Notes under the pieces: model-generated
Database searches by the model: none
The model's input: only the letters and a program-made list of their open reading frames with translations
What the model was told of the DNA's origin: nothing
Program-made: the position numbers and the translations under genes
In this document: positions 58,308 to 64,000 of the stretch, piece by piece
How the letters are laid out: each line of letters starts with the position of its first letter
How positions within the stretch are numbered: the stretch's first letter is position 1
Virus record (IMG/VR): IMGVR_UViG_3300050010_000596
DNA from: an uncultured virus (IMG/VR IMGVR_UViG_3300050010_000596)
Taxonomy: Duplodnaviria; Heunggongvirae; Uroviricota; Caudoviricetes
DNA: 64,000 nt
Direction: 5' to 3' (one strand)

Positions 58308-59152
58308 TATTGGCCTCCTTTCTTTCGCAACAGGTTGCGGTGCCCGTGCTTGCGTGGCGGCGGGACATCTTTCACGGTGATCTCTTCGTCCTCTTCGACA
58401 TCTTCGGGGTCGAAGCAGGTGAGCTTTCCAGCCCCGTCGAAGTACCACTCGTTGCCCTCAGCAAAGTCGCTGAGGTACTCGTCCGAGCCCAGATGGTCGT
58501 ACTCCTCTTCCAAGGCAGCATAGATGGCCTGGCAGAGATCGAGCCGTAGCTCTTCGACAGCCTCGACAAACGAGTCGAAGGCCTTGCGTACGCGCGGCGT
58601 GTAAGATTGCCAATCATCCCAGTTCGTGGTACCGTTTGAGTGGCAGCCGTGCTCGCCTTCGTCGCGAAGATCGCTACTCACGTGACAGGTATGCTCGTGC
58701 GCGTATTGATGGGGGGACCGCTCGACGCGCATCTCGGCGTACCCGTTGTCGAAGAGCGGTGGCAGGTGTCGCCACACAGGATTGGGCGTAGGCAGACCAT
58801 GGACCTTGCCGACGATGTAGCCCCGGAAGTCTTCTCCACCCTCCGGCAAACCAGGAATGCAGTCGCGAGGTGCAGTTTCTGACAAGAGGAACTCGACCAG
58901 CTTGGTGGTGTTCACCCGCGAGGTGAAGCTGGCCCCGTCGCCTTGCGAACAGAAGCCCGAGAATTGGATCTCAGCATCCTCGAAGCCGGTCTGCTCCAAG
59001 GCATTTTGCCACAGCTCCTGGATGTAATCGTACCAGTCGTGGTCCGTGGCGTAGACGTGGAGCTTCTCGCGGGCCCGGTCGAGGGCCTTACCACCAATCC
59101 CAATCAGCTCCTCGAACGTGTAGAGGGTCTGGATGGTTTTGATGATCTTCAT
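58307..59152 (-). CDS. conserved-looking phage hypothetical protein
   Basis: YTFEEL, DWYDY, FSGFCSQGDGASF, LEEEYDHL.SDE. Confidence 0.75.
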   Translation of the reverse strand: MKIIKTIQTLYTFEELIGIGGKALDRAREKLHVYATDHDWYDYIQELWQNALEQTGFEDAEIQFSGFCSQGDGASFTSRVNTTKLVEFLLSETAPRDCIPGLPEGGEDFRGYIVGKVHGLPTPNPVWRHLPPLFDNGYAEMRVERSPHQYAHEHTCHVSSDLRDEGEHGCHSNGTTNWDDWQSYTPRVRKAFDSFVEAVEELRLDLCQAIYAALEEEYDHLGSDEYLSDFAEGNEWYFDGAGKLTCFDPEDVEEDEEITVKDVPPPRKHGHRNLLRKKGGQ

Positions 59153-59343
59153 CTGTCCCTCGGCATATGCGGACAGCCGCGTTCATGGCAGGGTGTGCCG
59201 TTGATGACCAGAGCTTCGCACTGGCTGCACCGGATGCGGTAACGACCGTCGCTGGGGTCGTAGGTGGTCTCGTCAAAGCCCAGGGTCTGCCGGAGATACC
59301 GGCCGTAGTTCCGGGGCTGTTTCTTGGTCGGTGTGCTTGGCAT
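59149..59343 (-). CDS. small Cys-rich phage protein
   Basis: CSQCEALVINGTPCHERGCP. Confidence 0.7.
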   Translation of the reverse strand: MPSTPTKKQPRNYGRYLRQTLGFDETTYDPSDGRYRIRCSQCEALVINGTPCHERGCPHMPRDR

Positions 59344-59822
59344 GGGTTTCCTCCTTTTTGGGTTTTTGGGCTAACACAATGCAGATGCTCACCTGGATCG
59401 CCGAGTCCATCTTGGCCAGGTGGGCTGTGAGGTTTGGCAGCAAGGCACGGGCCTCGTGTGCCCGAACCAGCTTGAGATAGGCAAACCCGGTTGGCCCGGT
59501 GAGCAGGTCGCCGGGTCGCCATTGGTACGCGATCTTGATCGCTGCGGCATCCAGGAGCTGGAAGTTCTCGTGGTTGTTGAAGACGTTTTGCGGGTGGTGC
59601 AAGATGAACTTGCCCTTAGGGTCCTCGCGGAGGACCACTCGCACGTAATAGTCGCCTGGTTGCCGAAAGCGAGGCCAGCGGCGGAAGAATTCGCCCGCAC
59701 AGAGTTCGGCCAGCGAGTGCCCTTTGACCAGTCCGGGTAGCGGCGTGGTGGCGTAGACCCGCACATTCTCACCTGGTACTACCGAGTGGAAGAGCAGCAC
59801 GGGGATCGTTTCGCTCAATCGT

Positions 59823-60266
59823 TCATTCTTGTTCAATGGTGGGGGCCTCCTTGAGTTTGACGTCATCGAGCCTGTAGAAGTCCGTCCACGCAGCATCGCA
59901 GTCGAGACACCGGGCGTCCTGGCTGCCCGTGTTGTCGCCGACATCCCAGCCGGAGTCCGTGGTGGTGTTGTCGCTTTTGCAGATGGGACAGCGTAGTCCC
60001 CTGTTGGTGAGATAGTCGTCGTGCTGTTCTTGTGACAGCGCGGGCTCGGGTTTGGGTCCCACCGCCCAGCAAACCTTGCTTACGACGCGATCCCCGTTCA
60101 GGTAGGCATCGCTGTGGGTCTTGTCGTCGTCGGCGGAGATGACTCGCACGATGTCGTCGCCCAGGCGATCCGACCAAATCTGGGCGATGTCGTCGATGTC
60201 GGCTTCTCGCCGCAGGTACTTTACCAGCTGTTCGACTGCGTCACGTTCTTTGATTTCCGTAGCCAC
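59823..60266 (-). CDS. hypothetical protein with Zn ribbon
   Basis: CPICKS...CLDC..AW. Confidence 0.6.
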   Translation of the reverse strand: MATEIKERDAVEQLVKYLRREADIDDIAQIWSDRLGDDIVRVISADDDKTHSDAYLNGDRVVSKVCWAVGPKPEPALSQEQHDDYLTNRGLRCPICKSDNTTTDSGWDVGDNTGSQDARCLDCDAAWTDFYRLDDVKLKEAPTIEQE

Positions 60267-60498
60267 GGTGGGCTCCTTGTGAAATGGGTCTGTAATGTAA
60301 GGCGGCAGCGGCTTCGGCCACACCTTGCCGGATCAGTTTCTTTTGCAGCTTGTTGATCTTGTCGCGTTCGGCGACTAGCTGCTTTGTCTCTTCCTCGGTG
60401 CAACTAGGTATCATAAGGTTCCAATTGATCTGGCTTTGCAGGTCGGCTTGCCGGTGGCAGAGGCAGTGTAGCCAGAAGGATCGTGGATCGTTGACCAT
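60241..60498 (-). CDS. hypothetical protein
   Basis: 85 aa. Confidence 0.5.
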   Translation of the reverse strand: MVNDPRSFWLHCLCHRQADLQSQINWNLMIPSCTEEETKQLVAERDKINKLQKKLIRQGVAEAAAALHYRPISQGAHRGYGNQRT

Positions 60499-60507
60499 GT
60501 TGGTCCC

Positions 60508-60726
60508 CTATTCTATGCTGTCCAGCACGGCGATGTACGCCGCATGCTGGCCAGCTTGCCATTGTTTTTCTGCGTCACTGCCTTGGGGGTGTGGGCACTC
60601 TTCGGGCACCTGATCGTTCCAGGCCGCCTGCATGTAGCTGGCGTAGCCTTGGCCTCGGGGCGAGAGCAAGTCGTAGGCCTCGCGCGTCAGCCGTTTCTGT
60701 CCACCGGGGTTTTGCTCGCTGGTCAT
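60508..60726 (-). CDS. hypothetical protein
   Basis: CPH...W..G. Confidence 0.55.
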   Translation of the reverse strand: MTSEQNPGGQKRLTREAYDLLSPRGQGYASYMQAAWNDQVPEECPHPQGSDAEKQWQAGQHAAYIAVLDSIE

Positions 60727-60965
60727 GGATGAATCCTGAGTAAGTGCCGGAGTTCTTTCGCCAGGCCAGCCCGGCCGAATTCCTTGCCGCGCTCGAACCC
60801 TCGCTCCCAGGCCCGGATGCACAACAGAATCACATCGTCCGATGTGTTCAGTGGCAAGACGACCGACTCGCACAGAGCATCTTTGCGGCCACACCGCAAG
60901 CAGTCTACGTCATCCAGGACGTAGATGGCAGTACGTGGCGGGTCTTGTATGTATCGGGCGGTCAT
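60723..60965 (-). CDS. hypothetical protein
   Basis: AAGGAG RBS after palindrome. Confidence 0.55.
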   Translation of the reverse strand: MTARYIQDPPRTAIYVLDDVDCLRCGRKDALCESVVLPLNTSDDVILLCIRAWERGFERGKEFGRAGLAKELRHLLRIHP

Positions 60966-60980
60966 CCTTCGTTCTCCTTG

Positions 60981-60994
60981 CTTAAAGGTTTAAG
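60981..60994. promoter_or_regulatory. palindromic motif, copy 7 (divergent intergenic)
   Basis: CTTAAAGGTTTAAG. Confidence 0.7.
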
Positions 60995-61074
60995 GACGTG
61001 CTATATTAAACGAACTGGCCACAGGTGTTCACCCCATGGCCAGCTCTAACCAATCCGGTCATTGGAGGACCATC

Positions 61075-61632
61075 ATGGCCAAGAAGAAGTGTACCAAGTG
61101 CGGTGTACCGAAGCCACTAGGGCAATTTGGAAAAGATGCTTGTCGCAAGGACGGCCATAAACCAGCCTGTAAGCGGTGCGAGCAGAAGTGGCGAGATGCC
61201 AACAGAGTACAGCTCCGTGCTCGGGCCCAGGCGTGGCGGGACAAGAATCGCGTGAAGCTACAAAAGATCGCACGTAAGCGGTACGCCCTGTCCCAGCAGC
61301 AGCCCGACTTTTACAAGAAGCGACGAGCCACTTTGCTGAGACGGAAACACGGCATTACGCTCACAGCATATCGGCGGTTGCTTCAGCAACAGAACGGTTG
61401 CTGTGCTATCTGTAAACGCAAGGAATGGGTCAAAGTTCGCTGGAACGTCGTGGCGTCGTTAGCTGTGGACCACTGCCACAAGCGAGGCCACATCCGTGGT
61501 CTTCTGTGCAGACAGTGCAATACAATACTGGGACTTGCTCACGACGATGTGGCCTTGCTGAAGGCCGCAATCCAATATCTACGTGAGCGGCGTTTACCGC
61601 CGCCAGCCACCTTGCTGAAGTCGCGACATTAG
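61075..61632 (+). CDS. endonuclease VII-like (HNH) homing endonuclease
   Basis: KKCTKCG, CKRC, HGIT...Y..L..QQNGCCAIC, VDHCH..GHIRGLLC..CN..LG. Confidence 0.9.
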   Translation: MAKKKCTKCGVPKPLGQFGKDACRKDGHKPACKRCEQKWRDANRVQLRARAQAWRDKNRVKLQKIARKRYALSQQQPDFYKKRRATLLRRKHGITLTAYRRLLQQQNGCCAICKRKEWVKVRWNVVASLAVDHCHKRGHIRGLLCRQCNTILGLAHDDVALLKAAIQYLRERRLPPPATLLKSRH

Positions 61633-62289
61633 GTCAGCGGCCCGGCCGTTTTGCAATGGCAGCTCCTCTAGTTGTCGAATTAGCTGGGTAGTTTGTTCGT
61701 GGATGGTGTCTACAATCTCCTGCCGGTGCTGCTGCTGGTCTTGGAAGGAGTTGGCAAAGGCCTGATCGTCACCCATCGGCATGTCTGCGTAATTGGGTGT
61801 ATAGTTGGAGGACCCCTCCGACAGGGCAATGGCGAGAACGTCGGGAGGGTCCTTGATCCCTTCGGCGTCCAGGACCTTGCCGATGAAGTAGCGGATCTCG
61901 TCGGTGAAGGGCTCGTCCTCGTCGGGCGGGCTCAGCAGCAATCCCTCCACGATCCCCCAGCCGCATTCCATGGCGTCGGGGGGCACAACCAGGTCGGGCT
62001 TGAAGTCGCTGCCCGAGAGCACGTTGCAATACTCCATGAACACCCGCAGGCGTTTGAAGAAGTCGTTGGTGGTCACCAGGCCGATGCCTACCATCAGCTT
62101 GTCGAGGTTGCTCTTGGGCAGGTCCAGGGCGAAGTCGTCCCGGATCTCCTGAAACAACGTCTTGTCGGTCCACTGAAGGGCATCCATGCCGTAGAGGTCG
62201 AGGACGATGGTCAGAATGACTGTGGCAAAGGTGTCCTCATCCGCCAACTTGTCCTTCAGTTTCTGCCGCGACGTCAGTCCGGTTGACAT
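61594..62289 (-). CDS. hypothetical protein
   Basis: 231 aa. Confidence 0.75.
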   Translation of the reverse strand: MSTGLTSRQKLKDKLADEDTFATVILTIVLDLYGMDALQWTDKTLFQEIRDDFALDLPKSNLDKLMVGIGLVTTNDFFKRLRVFMEYCNVLSGSDFKPDLVVPPDAMECGWGIVEGLLLSPPDEDEPFTDEIRYFIGKVLDAEGIKDPPDVLAIALSEGSSNYTPNYADMPMGDDQAFANSFQDQQQHRQEIVDTIHEQTTQLIRQLEELPLQNGRAADLMSRLQQGGWRR

Positions 62290-62770
62290 AATTGGTATTC
62301 CTTACCTTGCGGCTCTGGCCCAGCTGCCGCAGCGACAGGAACCAGAGCACGTTGACATCCAATGCCACGAGAAACAGTGACGGCCGAGGGGGCTTGGTCA
62401 TCCACACCGCGTTACGGATGTCCCACCACTCCCCTAGCTCCGGCCAAGTCGCGTATTTGAACTCGGCCAAGTTCAGTAGCAGTGGTGGGACCTCCGCACC
62501 TTCTTGCAGGCCGATGAGCCGATCTGCCTGAGAACAGAGGCGGGGCTTGAATTGCTGAAGCAGCAAGCTCTGTTCGAGTTCACCCAGAGGGGTCAAGGAC
62601 GATAGCCAGTCAGACACACACAGGACAATGAACTCCCGTGAGGTGATCAGGGCGCGCTTGAACCGATCCGGCTCCCCGCACACCGCCCGACGCATCCGTT
62701 CCAGTTGCGGACCCTTCAAGGCTCGCAATAGCAACGCCGTCTCTTCGACAGTCGGCTCGGTCCAATTCAT
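62237..62770 (-). CDS. hypothetical protein
   Basis: 177 aa. Confidence 0.7.
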   Translation of the reverse strand: MNWTEPTVEETALLLRALKGPQLERMRRAVCGEPDRFKRALITSREFIVLCVSDWLSSLTPLGELEQSLLLQQFKPRLCSQADRLIGLQEGAEVPPLLLNLAEFKYATWPELGEWWDIRNAVWMTKPPRPSLFLVALDVNVLWFLSLRQLGQSRKVRNTNYVNRTDVAAETEGQVGG

Positions 62771-63129
62771 ACCAACCTCCCGTTGATCTTCACGTCGATC
62801 CGGTAACCGGCGACCTTCTGGACCATCGGATTGAGAATCTGATCGCCGTTGATGTCCACGGCGTAAGGCGGTCGGGCGAACTCCAGACGCGGGTCCGAGA
62901 TCCCACGCTTGGCTGCTTCCAGCTGTGCCGCCCGCTTGGTGTCCGGCCCTTGCAGGTCGGTGATCGCCAGGCCGAACTTGGTCTGGTCGGTCTCGGTGTG
63001 CTGGAAGCAGATCACGCCGCTGTTCCCCTTGATGATAGTACCCAACATTTCACCGTTCTTCTCGAACGGTTCGATTACTCGTAGGCCCACTGTTGACTCC
63101 TTGGCTTGGGCATGCTTTATGCTGGGCAC
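62767..63129 (-). CDS. hypothetical protein
   Basis: 120 aa. Confidence 0.65.
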   Translation of the reverse strand: MPSIKHAQAKESTVGLRVIEPFEKNGEMLGTIIKGNSGVICFQHTETDQTKFGLAITDLQGPDTKRAAQLEAAKRGISDPRLEFARPPYAVDINGDQILNPMVQKVAGYRIDVKINGRLV

Positions 63130-63153
63130 CTATTGCCCAGCCACGGAGTCATT

Positions 63154-63729
63154 CTAGCCGGGCCGCTTCTTTCTCGCCAGATGTCCTGCCTTGCGCAGCT
63201 TCTTTACTTCCTCACGGGTTTGCCGCAACAAGATCTTGTCGGCGTGGTTTCCTAGCAGGTAGTGCGTGAAGATCTCCTTCCGGCTCTCGAAGGCCTTGAG
63301 CACGTACACCAGGTACTGGTCGGTGAAGATTTCGTCTAGCAACGGCAGGAGTGCCTTGAGCGCGGGCTTGCGGCGGTTCTGCTTGTACGCACGGGCACAG
63401 ATCGCTTGCACGCGCGGGTCTTTGCGGCACATGGCTATGAACAGTTGCGGGTCCATCCAGGTGGGCGGCAGTTTGGGCTTGTCCAGATACGTCAGGTAGT
63501 CGTACTCGTAGCGGCCGTCCACGAAGGCTGGAGCGTTCCCTGTATCGGTGTGCTGCATGGCGTGCATGAGCGGATAAGGGAAGAGTTCGCTAACGGAGAA
63601 CTGCAACAGATGATTCGGGGGTGGCATGCTGTTGGGGCTTTCGCCGATGTAGACCGGGTCGTCTACGACCCGCTTGGGCTGTTTGCGTGGCGGCGGGGGA
63701 TCGAGGGTTTTGCGGCGACGACGACGCAT
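63154..63729 (-). CDS. hypothetical protein
   Basis: 191 aa; AAGGA RBS. Confidence 0.65.
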   Translation of the reverse strand: MRRRRRKTLDPPPPRKQPKRVVDDPVYIGESPNSMPPPNHLLQFSVSELFPYPLMHAMQHTDTGNAPAFVDGRYEYDYLTYLDKPKLPPTWMDPQLFIAMCRKDPRVQAICARAYKQNRRKPALKALLPLLDEIFTDQYLVYVLKAFESRKEIFTHYLLGNHADKILLRQTREEVKKLRKAGHLARKKRPG

Positions 63730-64000
63730 AGAGGGTTCCTTGTTGATATATAAAGTTGCAGCTCCCGGATCTGCAACGAAACAGACGGCCCAACGGCTCG
63801 CTGGTGGAAAGAAGGAGGGGAGTCCGACGCGAACGTCAGAATCCAGCCTCGCTTCTCTCCACCAGGAGTGTAAGCGAACAGTTTTAGGGGAACAAGCGAA
63901 AGACCGCCAGGCGGGCCACGCAATTCAGCTGGCCCAGCCTGGCAGCCCGTTCACACCAGTCCCCCAACGGGTGTGTTATTCCTCGCCGAACAGCAAGCAA

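Overview
Densely packed, GC-rich segment of a large dsDNA phage genome (Caudoviricetes-like, possibly jumbo; host not determinable), almost all on the minus strand. 7-35 kb is a full replication/recombination module: RecA/UvsX, an SSB-like protein with an acidic/histone-H1-like tail, a UDG-PolA fusion, primase, DnaB, UvsW-like helicase, SbcC/SbcD, ATP-dependent ligase and homing endonucleases. 35-64 kb holds many small hypothetical genes plus RNase H, a stand-alone RNAP alpha-CTD, terminase large subunit and a degenerate primase-helicase. The most interesting locus (23.9-25.7 kb) is an adjacent pair of apparent RNA-binding guide-effector folds: a solo Cas7/RAMP-like protein and a catalytically dead IS110/Nop-domain protein, flanked by structured RNA elements and directly upstream of an SF2 helicase. 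No CRISPR, TIGR or GGY-NN array is visible in this window. Other signals: a 14-bp palindrome CTTAAA-NN-TTTAAG at 7 gene boundaries, a shared R[NA]LLR[RK] terminal peptide motif, and an endonuclease VII gene split by a 408-bp cassette between 19-bp direct repeats. Several single-base frameshifts and nonsense codons suggest assembly errors. All family calls are motif recognition by eye, without database searches.
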